Below, in pieces: positions 8,191 to 16,910 of a DNA stretch of 32,000 nt. The position numbers and the translations under genes were made by a program. This DNA comes from Synechococcus sp. A15-24 (lineage in GTDB: Bacteria; Cyanobacteriota; Cyanobacteriia; PCC-6307; Cyanobiaceae). The notes beneath the pieces were generated by a model. The model was not told the DNA's origin and ran no database searches. It worked only from the letters and a program-made list of their open reading frames with translations. Where the stretch lies: the NCBI RefSeq assembly GCF_014280195.1, contig NZ_CP047960.1, positions 570,001-602,000 on the forward strand. Direction: 5' to 3'. Every line of letters begins with the position of its first letter. The first letter of the stretch is position 1.

Positions 8191-9392
8191 TGCCTGACCT
8201 GCCTACTCGTCGTTTTGGCCGCACGGAGTTGCCCATTCCGTTGCTCTCCCTGGGCGGAATGCGCTTTCAGCAGAGCTGGACCGATCTGCCGGCATCGGAG
8301 ATCACGTCCGACTCTCAATCCAACCTGCAGGCCACGCTTCAGCGCGCCACGCAGTTAGGCCTGCATCACGTTGAGACCGCTCGTCACTACGGCAGCTCCG
8401 AACTCCAGTTGGGCTGGGCTTTTCCCACAACGCCAGACCCGACACGGATCCTGCAAAGCAAGGTGCCGCCTCGGGAGGATCCTGATGCCTTCGAGGCCGA
8501 GCTGGCCCTCAGCTTTGAGCGGCTTGGCTGTCAGCGTCTGGACCTGCTGGCCATTCACGGCATCAACCTGCCGGAGCATCTGGAGCAGACCCTTCGTCCC
8601 GGCGGATGCATGGAGGTGGTGCGTCGCTGGCAAGCCGATGGACGCATCGGCCATGTGGGCTTCTCCACCCACGGTCCGACAGATGTGATCGTCGCCAGCT
8701 GCAGCAGTGGTGCCTTCGACTACGTGAACGTCCACTGGTATTACATCCGCCAGGACAACTCGCCTGCCCTGGATGCAGCGCAGCGGCAGGACATGGGGGT
8801 GTTCATCATCAGCCCCACCGACAAAGGCGGTCACCTGCACACACCATCACAACGTCTGCTCGAGTTGTGTGACCCTTTGCATCCCATCGTCTTCAACGAT
8901 CTCTTCTGTCTGCGTGACCCCCGCGTGCACACCATCAGTGTTGGGGCGGCCCGACCGTCGGATCTCGATCTGCACCTTGAAGCCGTTGGTCTCCTCGATC
9001 ACGCCGATGCGCTGATTGCGCCGGTGCATGCGCGGCTGCAGCAGGCGGCAAGGGAAACCCTGGGAGAGGCCTGGCTGAACAGCTGGCGGACAGGGCTTCC
9101 CACTTGGCAGGACACGCCGGGAGACATCAATCTTCCGGTGTTGCTCTGGCTGCACAACCTGCTCGAAGCCTGGGATCTTGAGAGTTATGCCCGGGCCCGT
9201 TACCGGTTGCTGGGCAGTGGTGGCCATTGGTTCGCGGGCTCCAATGCCGATGCCTTCGATGCGGGGGTCTCGATCGCCGAGCTGGATGCGGTCCTGCATG
9301 CCAGTCCATGGCGTCAGCAGATTCCCGACATCCTGCGCTTGCTCAAGGCCAGGCTGGCAGGGGAGGCGCAGATGCGTCTCAGCAGCGTTTGA
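8190..9392 (+). CDS. Aldo/keto reductase family oxidoreductase with a C-terminal extension
   Basis: About 400-aa ORF with AKR-type blocks (LGGMRFQ, HHVETARHYGSSE, LDLLAIHGIN, GHVGFSTHG). ATG 8190 overlaps the ferredoxin stop (TGATG). Confidence 0.8.
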   Translation: MPDLPTRRFGRTELPIPLLSLGGMRFQQSWTDLPASEITSDSQSNLQATLQRATQLGLHHVETARHYGSSELQLGWAFPTTPDPTRILQSKVPPREDPDAFEAELALSFERLGCQRLDLLAIHGINLPEHLEQTLRPGGCMEVVRRWQADGRIGHVGFSTHGPTDVIVASCSSGAFDYVNVHWYYIRQDNSPALDAAQRQDMGVFIISPTDKGGHLHTPSQRLLELCDPLHPIVFNDLFCLRDPRVHTISVGAARPSDLDLHLEAVGLLDHADALIAPVHARLQQAARETLGEAWLNSWRTGLPTWQDTPGDINLPVLLWLHNLLEAWDLESYARARYRLLGSGGHWFAGSNADAFDAGVSIAELDAVLHASPWRQQIPDILRLLKARLAGEAQMRLSSV

Positions 9393-10124
9393 TTACTCCC
9401 CCAGCGGTTGCCGGCTGGGAACACCGATAGCGCGCGGAAACTGTCTGGGACAGGGGCTGACCGGCTGGAGTCTGATCAGGTGCCGCACACCGCGCTCAGC
9501 AGGCAGCTGGCAGTTCTGGTTGGAGCTCAGTTGAGCGTTCAGAGGTACCAGGGCCCGTTTTAGCTGACGTTGATCCGTGTCCCCCCACTGGCCTCGGTAC
9601 AGCAGGGCCTTCCCATCGGGTTTCAGTAGCGGTACGAGGTATTCCGCCACCACCGGTGCAGCCGCTACCGCTCGCGCCATCGCCAGATCGAAGCCTCCTC
9701 GCAGGGTCCTGTCGTGGCCTGCGCTTTCGATGCGATCGGTTTGCACGCTGACCCGGTCACTCAGCCCCAGGTCGTTGACCATGGCCTGGACTGCAGCGGT
9801 CTTGCGGCCGACGGAATCCAGCAACGTCATCCGGGCGCCGGGCATGGCGATGGCCACGGCCAGGCCTGGAAAGCCGCCCCCGGTGCCCACATCAATTGCA
9901 AGCCGGCTCTGATGAGGGCTGCGCAGTTCGGTTTGCAGCGGCCAGAGGCTGTCGAACACCTGGTTGATCCAGTAGTCGTCCCCCTCTACCAGACGCGTCA
10001 GGTTGACCCGGCTGTTCCAGCTGCGCAGCAGATCCTGAAGGGCTTTCAGCTGATCGAGCTGTGCCGGCTCTGGAGTCCAGCCGAGCGCCTCCCAGAACGC
10101 GGCTCCCGGCAAGGAGTCGGGCAT
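9393..10124 (-). CDS. rsmG: 16S rRNA (guanine527-N7)-methyltransferase RsmG (GidB)
   Basis: 243-aa ORF with NLTRL near the N-terminus and the SAM-binding block [17 protein letters not shown], the typical RsmG layout. Confidence 0.9.
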   Translation of the reverse strand: MPDSLPGAAFWEALGWTPEPAQLDQLKALQDLLRSWNSRVNLTRLVEGDDYWINQVFDSLWPLQTELRSPHQSRLAIDVGTGGGFPGLAVAIAMPGARMTLLDSVGRKTAAVQAMVNDLGLSDRVSVQTDRIESAGHDRTLRGGFDLAMARAVAAAPVVAEYLVPLLKPDGKALLYRGQWGDTDQRQLKRALVPLNAQLSSNQNCQLPAERGVRHLIRLQPVSPCPRQFPRAIGVPSRQPLGE

Positions 10125-10149
10125 GGGGGCTGCGGCAACTCTTCCTAGG

Positions 10150-10689
10150 ATGAATGACCAGCTGACCCCTGTGTCCGAGCGCGACCTCAGTCACTACGAG
10201 AGGTTGGGGGTGTCTGCTCAGGCGTCCCAGGCCAGCCTCCGGCAGGCTTTTCGCCGTCGTAGTAAGGCGTTGCATCCGGATACCACCACACTCCCGGTGG
10301 CTGAAGCGGCCAAGAACTTCCAGCAGCTCAAGGAGTCCTACGAGTTCCTGGCGGATCCCGAGCGTCGTCGTCATTACGACGAGCAATTGCGGCAACGCTT
10401 GCAACCGCAACGACCCCCTGCCCCGCAGCCCACCGACACCGTTGACCAGTGGGATGGCATCGGAGAACGCCGGCCCCTGTCTGGTGGAGAGTGGACAGCG
10501 TTGTTGTTGCTGGGCCTGGCGCTGCTGCTCAGCCTCGTTGTGGGGCTTTGTGTTGCAGGGGTTCAGGGGCGAGCCTGGCAGGTGTCTCCCGATTGGATGA
10601 ACGATGTTTCTTCAGCCCTCATCGAACACCCCGCTGAACCAGCATTCCATCAGGGCGCTGGAGGACTGGCTCATCAGCCTCAACGCTGA
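10150..10689 (+). CDS. J-domain (DnaJ-like) membrane protein
   Basis: The J domain carries the HPD motif ([32 protein letters not shown]). A Pro/Gln linker and one hydrophobic helix ([24 protein letters not shown]) follow. ATG 10150 is preferred over ATG 10123, which overlaps the rsmG start. Confidence 0.75.
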   Translation: MNDQLTPVSERDLSHYERLGVSAQASQASLRQAFRRRSKALHPDTTTLPVAEAAKNFQQLKESYEFLADPERRRHYDEQLRQRLQPQRPPAPQPTDTVDQWDGIGERRPLSGGEWTALLLLGLALLLSLVVGLCVAGVQGRAWQVSPDWMNDVSSALIEHPAEPAFHQGAGGLAHQPQR

Positions 10690-10873
10690 GCGGATCGATG
10701 GGGATCCCTGCCGTTGGGCCCTCACCAGGCCCGACTGGTCCGCCGAGATCCTGCTCGCGCGTGAGGATGTGGTGGTGATCTGGCAGCAGCCAGGTGCTGA
10801 GGAGCGTCGCTGCTCGTTGCCCTACGGCCTCTCCCGCGCCGATGTGACGGCGGCCATTCAGGCCGGCCCGTAA
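10604..10873 (+). CDS. Conserved cyanobacterial hypothetical protein (DUF3143-like)
   Basis: 89-aa [43 protein letters not shown].... The only start in this frame is ATG 10604, which overlaps the tail of the J-domain gene by 86 nt. The family name is from memory. Confidence 0.6.
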   Translation: MFLQPSSNTPLNQHSIRALEDWLISLNAERIDGDPCRWALTRPDWSAEILLAREDVVVIWQQPGAEERRCSLPYGLSRADVTAAIQAGP

Positions 10874-10901
10874 GCAGCTTCAACCGGCAGGCCGATGGTC
10901 G

Positions 10902-12188
10902 TCAGATCTGGTTCAGAGCCGTGGCGATGGCCTTGTAGCACTGTCCCAGCTGATCGTCGCTGATGCACAGCGGTGGCAGCAGGTACACCACCTGTCCCAG
11001 GGGGCGCAGGAACACCCCATGCTCCAGGGTGATCCGTTTGATGGTTGGCCCGGCTGGATTGAGATAGCCGGCATCGCCGCTGACATTCAGGTCGAAGGCC
11101 GCCACCGTGCCGGTCAGCCGGCAGCGCGTCACCTTCGGATGGGCCTGCAGTTGTTCCAGATGGGGGCGATGCCGTGCTTCGAACCCTCGGAACTGCTCGG
11201 GGTCCTGCTGCAGCAGATCAAGGCTGGCGTTGGCCGCTGCGCATCCCAGCGGATTGGCGGTGAAACTGTGGCCGTGCCAGAGGGTCAGGCTGGGGTCCGC
11301 CCCAACAAAGGCTGAGAAGACCCGTTCACTGGCCATGGTCACTCCCATGGGCAGACAACCGCCGGTCAGGCCTTTTGAGAGGGCCATCAGATCCGGCTGA
11401 ATCCCGGCTCGGTGACAGGCAAACCAGTCGCCGCAACGGCCGAATCCGGTCAACACCTCATCGGCGATCAGCAGGGCGCCCGCCTGCCGCACCAACGTCT
11501 CCACCTGCTTGAGGAAGGTGCAACGCACCATCGCCATCCCGCCGGCACCCTGGAGCAACGGCTCCAGGATCACCGCTGCGGTCGGTTGCTGCAGCGTGGT
11601 CTCCAGCACGGCCAGGGCCGCCTGTTCCCTGGTGTCCACATCAGGGTCATCCCACCATGTGGCGGGCCATGGACAACGGGCAACGGGGAACAGCTTGTCG
11701 TCGAAGGGTTCGCTGAACAGGTTGCGTTCGCCCACGGCCATGGCACCGAAGGTGTCGCCGTGATAAGCGCCGTCGAAGGCCACGATCTGGTGCCGCGGTT
11801 CGCCACGGTTCACCCACCATTGACAGGCGATCTTCAGCGCCACCTCCACAGCAGTGGAACCGTTGTCGGAGAAAAACAGCCGATCAAGTCCCGTGAGCTT
11901 GCTGAGCCGCTCCCCAAGACGTTCCGCCGGCTCATGGGTGAAGTCAGCAAAAATCACCTGTTCGAGGCGGGCGGCCTGATCGGCAATGGCCTTGGCCATC
12001 ACCGGGTGACCATGGCCATGCAGCGTCACCCACCAGCTGCTGATGGCATCGATCAGGGGAATGCCCTGCTCCCGCAGCAACAGGGCTCCATCCCCGGCAA
12101 TCACCCGTTGCGGCAGCGGTGCCGATTCGATCTGAGTGAAAGGCGGCCAGAGGTTGGGATGTCGTGACTGATCAGCCGTTGTTCTCAT
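10902..12188 (-). CDS. bioA: Adenosylmethionine-8-amino-7-oxononanoate aminotransferase (BioA)
   Basis: Class-III PLP aminotransferase blocks HLWPPFTQ-like (NLWPPFTQ), ADEVLTGFGRCG and the PLP-lysine block ALSKGLTGG. The start is placed at internal ATG 12188 (MRTTADQSRHPNLWPPFTQ); the track ORF extends to 12365. Confidence 0.92.
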   Translation of the reverse strand: MRTTADQSRHPNLWPPFTQIESAPLPQRVIAGDGALLLREQGIPLIDAISSWWVTLHGHGHPVMAKAIADQAARLEQVIFADFTHEPAERLGERLSKLTGLDRLFFSDNGSTAVEVALKIACQWWVNRGEPRHQIVAFDGAYHGDTFGAMAVGERNLFSEPFDDKLFPVARCPWPATWWDDPDVDTREQAALAVLETTLQQPTAAVILEPLLQGAGGMAMVRCTFLKQVETLVRQAGALLIADEVLTGFGRCGDWFACHRAGIQPDLMALSKGLTGGCLPMGVTMASERVFSAFVGADPSLTLWHGHSFTANPLGCAAANASLDLLQQDPEQFRGFEARHRPHLEQLQAHPKVTRCRLTGTVAAFDLNVSGDAGYLNPAGPTIKRITLEHGVFLRPLGQVVYLLPPLCISDDQLGQCYKAIATALNQI

Positions 12189-12240
12189 GGCGGCCTGGGC
12201 GTCTTTGTCATATTGAATCTCAGAGCCGCAGCGCCACTCC

Positions 12241-12516
12241 ATGGCCATGACGCGAACGCGACGGCTGTCCAAGCGGTTTGTTCCTGCTGCTGGGGCAGGA
12301 CCGGCGGCAGTCGGCCTCGATGGCCAACGGAGTGAGGTGTTTGCAGAGGGGGGCTGGCCCTCCATTCGCGTGTTTCTGGAGATGCGCGGGTGGTCTCCCC
12401 TGCAGATCGATCAGATACACGAGCAGTTGCGGCAAGGCTGGCCGTTGTCCCAGGCCGTTCGTCAGGTGTCCATCCGGATGGGAGTGTGCCCGCTGCGTTC
12501 GAAATCCCTCGGCTGA
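12241..12516 (+). CDS. Hypothetical protein, 91 aa
   Basis: ORF with balanced amino-acid composition (GGWPSIRVFLEMRGWSPLQIDQIHEQLRQGWPLSQAVRQV). The overlapping minus-strand ORFs are Arg/Pro/Ser/Thr-rich shadow frames. No family recognised. Confidence 0.45.
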   Translation: MAMTRTRRLSKRFVPAAGAGPAAVGLDGQRSEVFAEGGWPSIRVFLEMRGWSPLQIDQIHEQLRQGWPLSQAVRQVSIRMGVCPLRSKSLG

Positions 12517-12672
12517 TCAGCGGCAGATCTGGCTGCTTTTCTGGGCCTCTGTGGCGATCGAACCGCAGTTGACCCAACGCACCAGCAGTTGTTCAACATC
12601 GGTGAACAACACCAGAATCCCTCCGCAGAGGATCACCAGCACCAAGCTGATCAGGGACTGTGGTGGCTTCAT
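12517..12672 (-). CDS. 51-aa single-helix membrane micro-protein, translationally coupled to bioD
   Basis: Hand translation gives MKPPQSLISLVLVILCGGILVLFTDVEQLLVRWVNCGSIATEAQKSSQICR. Its ATG (12672-12670) overlaps the bioD TGA (12671-12669) as ATGA, the same junction used between all upstream bio genes. It is below the track cutoff. Confidence 0.4.
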   Translation of the reverse strand: MKPPQSLISLVLVILCGGILVLFTDVEQLLVRWVNCGSIATEAQKSSQICR

Positions 12673-13328
12673 GGCTGCTGGATGCCGAGCAGATCCTGGA
12701 ACTTAGAACTCAATCCCTGCCGTTTCCATTCCCTGGCGAGGGACTCAGCCGTCAGGGGAGACAGTGTCGGCAGATGGGCCAGAACTGGCACACCACCGAA
12801 CTGTTCAAGGGTGCCGGGGTTGTCGGCATGGGCCGGGCCATTGAGGATCAACCCCAGCACCGTCAGCTGACGACGGTTGAGAGCCTCCAGGCTCAGCAGT
12901 GTGTGGTTCAGGGTGCCGAGTCCGCTGCGGGCCACCAGGACGATCGGTCGATTCCAGCGCTGCAGCTGATCGATCTGCAGCCATCGCCGCGTTAACGGCA
13001 CCATCAGTCCGCCTGCGGTTTCCACCACCAGGGGCCCCGTGCAATGGGGAACGACCAGGTCATCCGGGTTGAGGGGGATGCCGTCCAGCTCAGCGGCCCA
13101 ATGGGGTGACACCGGTTGTTGAAAGGCATAGGCCTCGGGCAGCATGCGACGGGGGGGAAGGTTGAGCAGGGACTGCACCCGTCCACGATCGCCGCCGTCC
13201 TCTAGGCCGCTTTGAACCGGCTTCCAGTAGTGAGCATTCAGCCCCTGCACCAGCCAGGCACTGACGACGGTTTTGCCGACATCGGTGTCGGTGCCGCAGA
13301 CCACGATCTGGGGAGATGGATGATTCAT
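12669..13328 (-). CDS. bioD: Dethiobiotin synthetase (BioD)
   Basis: Start at ATG 13328 (MNHPSPQIVVCGTDTDVGKTVVSAWL). This is the BioD P-loop GTDTxVGKT. The start overlaps the bioC stop (ATGA). Confidence 0.9.
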   Translation of the reverse strand: MNHPSPQIVVCGTDTDVGKTVVSAWLVQGLNAHYWKPVQSGLEDGGDRGRVQSLLNLPPRRMLPEAYAFQQPVSPHWAAELDGIPLNPDDLVVPHCTGPLVVETAGGLMVPLTRRWLQIDQLQRWNRPIVLVARSGLGTLNHTLLSLEALNRRQLTVLGLILNGPAHADNPGTLEQFGGVPVLAHLPTLSPLTAESLAREWKRQGLSSKFQDLLGIQQP

Positions 13329-14071
13329 CGCTGCAGCATCAGGCTCAGTACGTGCCAGGTGAGGGTCGGGGTCTCCGAATCCGGCCAGGCTCGCGCGAGA
13401 CGGCGCCACTGACTGGGCCCCAAGCCAGCATGGGCGCTGGTGCTGGCCCCGATCGTGCGCATCGGACGCAGCAGCTCAAGAGGCCGTTGCGCTCGGCGGC
13501 TGAAGCAATGCAGTCGTTGATGTCGCACGGCAGAGCGAGGAACAACGTTCAGGAGATCATCGACTTCAGGGAAGCGCAGGGCTGTGCAGGGCAGTTGGGC
13601 CCGTTCGGCGGCCTGATGCCATTGCTGAAAACTGCCGGCAACGGGAACGGCAACAACCAGCCAGCCCCCTTCGGCCAGACGGTCATACCAGTGCTGCAGC
13701 CAGGTTGCTGGGCCGGTCAGCCAGTGCAGAACGAAGCTGGAACTCAGCAGCACAGGCGCTGAGCTCCAGTTGGGCAGCGGCTGATTCAGATCCAGGCAGC
13801 AGGTTCTGGTGGTTGGGTGATGACGGCGCAGCATGGCGTCGCTGCCGTCGACTCGCAGCACCGTCTGACCCGGATGCAGATGTTCCAGATCATCAGCCAG
13901 CAGACCCGTTCCACTGCCCAGATCCACCCAGAGCCCCCGGGGAATGCTCTGACGGCGGCACCGTTCAGCCAGTTGTCTGGCCATGGCGCGTTGGAGGTTG
14001 GCGGCACCGTCGTAACGATCAGCGGATCGACCGAAGCGCTCCACAACCCGTTGGCTCCAAGTGTTCGTCAT
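13325..14071 (-). CDS. bioC: Malonyl-ACP O-methyltransferase (BioC)
   Basis: 248-aa class-I SAM methyltransferase (VDLGSGTGLLADDL) lying between the esterase gene and bioD in the bio operon. Confidence 0.8.
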   Translation of the reverse strand: MTNTWSQRVVERFGRSADRYDGAANLQRAMARQLAERCRRQSIPRGLWVDLGSGTGLLADDLEHLHPGQTVLRVDGSDAMLRRHHPTTRTCCLDLNQPLPNWSSAPVLLSSSFVLHWLTGPATWLQHWYDRLAEGGWLVVAVPVAGSFQQWHQAAERAQLPCTALRFPEVDDLLNVVPRSAVRHQRLHCFSRRAQRPLELLRPMRTIGASTSAHAGLGPSQWRRLARAWPDSETPTLTWHVLSLMLQR

Positions 14072-14757
14072 GGATTGCCTGCCCAGCGCACCACTTGATC
14101 CAGCACCGCCGGTGTCACCACGGCATGACCCTCATCAGGGCGGAGCAGGTGGTCTGTGCGCGACGGGGGCAGGGCCTGCAGCAGTTGCGCGCGGCTGTCC
14201 GGGCAGACAATCGCGTCCTGCTCCCCCTGCACCACCAGCACCGATGCTCCCTCAGGCCAGCTCTCCGGAAGGCTCTGGCACTGCTGAAGCAGGACCAAAT
14301 CATCCTGCAGCCGCTGGCGGCCAGAAGGATGCATGCCGCGTAGCAGCGGATTGTTCGGCAGGGCCGAGAGCGGCAGAGGCGAGGCGCAGCGGCTCAGGAA
14401 TTTCCGCAGCATCCCTAGTTCGTTCGACGTCCCCAGGCAGGAGGCCATGCCTTTGAGGGCCACTGCAAGCGCCCGGCCGGCCGCTCCTGCTGGAACAAAG
14501 GCTGCAAAGCCCGCCAGGCTCACCACGGCATCTGCTTGTTGAAGCACCGGCTCCGGCAGCAGATGGAGTCCCAGGGAGTGGGCGATCACGAGGCGCTGTC
14601 CCGGCAGCTCTGCCCAGCTGGGCTGGTGGGGCTCACGCTGTCCATAGCCCCGTTCAACGGCATCCCAGTGCCAGCCCAGGGCCTCAAACCGCTGCTGCCA
14701 GGCCCGCCAGACCGTTGCATCCCCAGCCCAACCATGGGCGGCGATCACCTGATTCAT
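14068..14757 (-). CDS. bioK: Alpha/beta-hydrolase, probable pimeloyl-ACP methyl ester esterase (BioK type)
   Basis: 229-aa ORF with an N-terminal HGW oxyanion-type motif and the nucleophile elbow AHSLG. It sits between bioF and bioC, which matches the BioK class described for Synechococcus and Prochlorococcus. ATGA overlaps on both sides. Confidence 0.65.
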   Translation of the reverse strand: MNQVIAAHGWAGDATVWRAWQQRFEALGWHWDAVERGYGQREPHQPSWAELPGQRLVIAHSLGLHLLPEPVLQQADAVVSLAGFAAFVPAGAAGRALAVALKGMASCLGTSNELGMLRKFLSRCASPLPLSALPNNPLLRGMHPSGRQRLQDDLVLLQQCQSLPESWPEGASVLVVQGEQDAIVCPDSRAQLLQALPPSRTDHLLRPDEGHAVVTPAVLDQVVRWAGNP

Positions 14758-15902
14758 GGGCAGGGGAGGGCCTTGAGCAGCTGTCCCACCGTCTCATCCG
14801 GCAGGTCCCGGCGCAGCACCAGCCGCAGCCGAGCGGTCCCCTCCGGAACGGTGGGCGGCCGGATCGCCACACTCAGCAATCCGTGTTCTTCCAGAACCGC
14901 CTGAGCGGCGAGGGCCGCGGCATCGCTGCCCAGCAGTAAGGGCAGCACGGGCCCCACCCCCGCAGGTCGTATCCAGCCTTGGCCCTCCAGGGCATCCCGC
15001 CAGTGGCTCGCCCGCTGCTGCAGCTGTTGGCTCCAGTGCGGATAGGATCGGATCAGGTCCAGTGCCGTCTGTGCACCGGCCACCAGGGGTGGGGCCAAGG
15101 CAGTGGTGTAACGAAAGGCGCCACTGGTCTGCAGCAAGGCGTCACCGAGATCGGCATCACTGGCCAGGAAGGCGCCGCCGCTGCCGAAGGCCTTGCCGAA
15201 GGTGCCACTGATCAGTCGCACTGGTTCGATGCCAAAGCAGAGGCCGCGACCCTCCGGTCCCAGCACCCCGAGGGCATGGGCCTCATCCATCAGCAGATCG
15301 GCCCCAAAGCGTTGGCACAGTGCAGCCAGAGCTGCCACATCCGGGCTGGTGCCCTCCATGCTGAACAGGCTTTCGCTGAGCACCACCACGGATCCCGGCT
15401 GCCCTGCCATGGCCTGCAACCGCCGCTCGAGATCCGTCAAATCATTGTGCTGGAAGCGCTGCAGACGGGCACCGCTGGCCCGCACGCCCACCAGCAGCGA
15501 GTGGTGAATCAATCGATCGGCCAGAACTGTGGTGTGCCGGTCAGCCAGGACGCAGACGGCAGCGAGGTTCGCCTGGAAGCCACTGGGAAACAGCAAGACG
15601 CAGCTCCGTCCAAGCCAGTCGGCCAGGTCTGCCTCGAAACGCGCGTGACACGGCCGGCTGCCGGTGACCAGCCGTGACGCACCAGCCCCAACGCCGTCGC
15701 GATGGAGGGCTTCGGTGGCGGCGTCGATCACCGCCGGATGACGGCTGAGACCGAGATAATCATTGCTGGCCAGATCCAGCAGGGGGTGTTGCTCGGTCTC
15801 GGCCCGCTGCAGGGTCCAGGGGAGAGCAGCGCTGCTCCACGTGTGCAGCGTGCGGCGCCGTGCTGGATCCTGGGATGCCATGGCTCCAGTCTGGGCGGTC
15901 AC
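14754..15902 (-). CDS. bioF: 8-amino-7-oxononanoate synthase (BioF)
   Basis: PLP alpha-oxoamine synthase blocks SNDYLGLS, DEAHALG and the lysine block TFGKAFGSGGA. The start is GTG 15902 or ATG 15881. Confidence 0.9.
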   Translation of the reverse strand: MTAQTGAMASQDPARRRTLHTWSSAALPWTLQRAETEQHPLLDLASNDYLGLSRHPAVIDAATEALHRDGVGAGASRLVTGSRPCHARFEADLADWLGRSCVLLFPSGFQANLAAVCVLADRHTTVLADRLIHHSLLVGVRASGARLQRFQHNDLTDLERRLQAMAGQPGSVVVLSESLFSMEGTSPDVAALAALCQRFGADLLMDEAHALGVLGPEGRGLCFGIEPVRLISGTFGKAFGSGGAFLASDADLGDALLQTSGAFRYTTALAPPLVAGAQTALDLIRSYPHWSQQLQQRASHWRDALEGQGWIRPAGVGPVLPLLLGSDAAALAAQAVLEEHGLLSVAIRPPTVPEGTARLRLVLRRDLPDETVGQLLKALPCP

Positions 15903-15935
15903 CGGCGATAAGGATGGGTGTTTCGCTGGCCGGTG

Positions 15936-16883
15936 ATGTCCCTCGAGCGATTCACCACGCTGTTTCCCCTCTCGACGCTGCTGGGATCACTGCTGGCGTT
16001 GCTGCACCCTCCCTTGTTCGTCTGGTTTGGTGGACCACTGATCACCATCGGCTTGGGGGTGATCATGTTGGGGATGGGCCTGGGCCTGACACCGCGAGAC
16101 TTTCTGGGGGTCAGTCGACAGCCCCGAGCTGTGATCCTGGGGGTGACGGCCCAGTTTCTGGTCATGCCCAGCTTGGCTGCTGCTATCGCAGTTTTGTTGC
16201 AGCTGCCGGCACCCTTGGCTGTCGGTTTGATTCTTGTGGGCTGCTGTCCGGGGGGGACCGCCAGCAATGTGGTGACGCTGATCGCCAAGGGCGATGTGGC
16301 CTTGTCGGTGGTGATGACCAGCATCAGCACCGTGGCAGCTGTGGTGCTGACACCACGGCTCACAGAACTTCTGGCCAGCCAATACGTGCCGGTGGATGGT
16401 TGGTTGCTGCTGCTGAGGGTGCTGCAGGTGGTGTCGGTACCCGTGGCCTGCGGGGTGCTGCTGAAACAGGGGATGCCCAGGCTGGCCAATCGCGTTGAGC
16501 CGGTCATGCCTCCGATTGCTGTGGTGGCCATCGTGATGATCGTGGCCAGCGTGGTGGGAAGTCAGCGCCAGCTGCTGCTGGAGCAGGGGGCGCTGTTGCT
16601 GCTGGCCTGTCTGCTGCTCCATGGCGGAGGCTTCCTGCTGGGCTTTCTGATGGCTCGTTTGGTCGGTGCCTCCAGCCAGGCCCAGCGCACCATCAGCATT
16701 GAGGTGGGCATGCAAAACTCTGGTCTGGCGGTTGTTCTGGCTCGTACGGGCGGCTTCTCCACTCCGCTGACGGCTCTGCCTGGAGCAATCTCAGCTGTAG
16801 TCCATTGCCTCCTGGGCAGCGCCCTGGCCGCCGTTTGGCGTCGATCCGACCATGCAGAGGTCCCCAACAGCTCACATCCCTAG
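15936..16883 (+). CDS. Bile acid:sodium symporter (BASS/SBF) family transporter
   Basis: About 315-aa polytopic membrane ORF with blocks typical of the BASS family (GLILVGCCPGGTASNV, IEVGMQNSGLA). Start at ATG 15936, or GTG 15918 as in the track. Confidence 0.8.
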   Translation: MSLERFTTLFPLSTLLGSLLALLHPPLFVWFGGPLITIGLGVIMLGMGLGLTPRDFLGVSRQPRAVILGVTAQFLVMPSLAAAIAVLLQLPAPLAVGLILVGCCPGGTASNVVTLIAKGDVALSVVMTSISTVAAVVLTPRLTELLASQYVPVDGWLLLLRVLQVVSVPVACGVLLKQGMPRLANRVEPVMPPIAVVAIVMIVASVVGSQRQLLLEQGALLLLACLLLHGGGFLLGFLMARLVGASSQAQRTISIEVGMQNSGLAVVLARTGGFSTPLTALPGAISAVVHCLLGSALAAVWRRSDHAEVPNSSHP

Positions 16884-16910
16884 GATTCGTTTAGGTGTTC
16901 AGGGCCCGTG

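Noticed and set aside
11412-12167. 251-aa ORF antisense to bioA. Similar long antisense ORFs lie at 14979-15677 (bioF), 15987-16715 (BASS), 17211-18251 and 18549-19169 (helicase), and 20591-21097 (fumC).
   Set aside because: All lie within genes that carry strong family motifs on the other strand, and all have shadow-frame composition.
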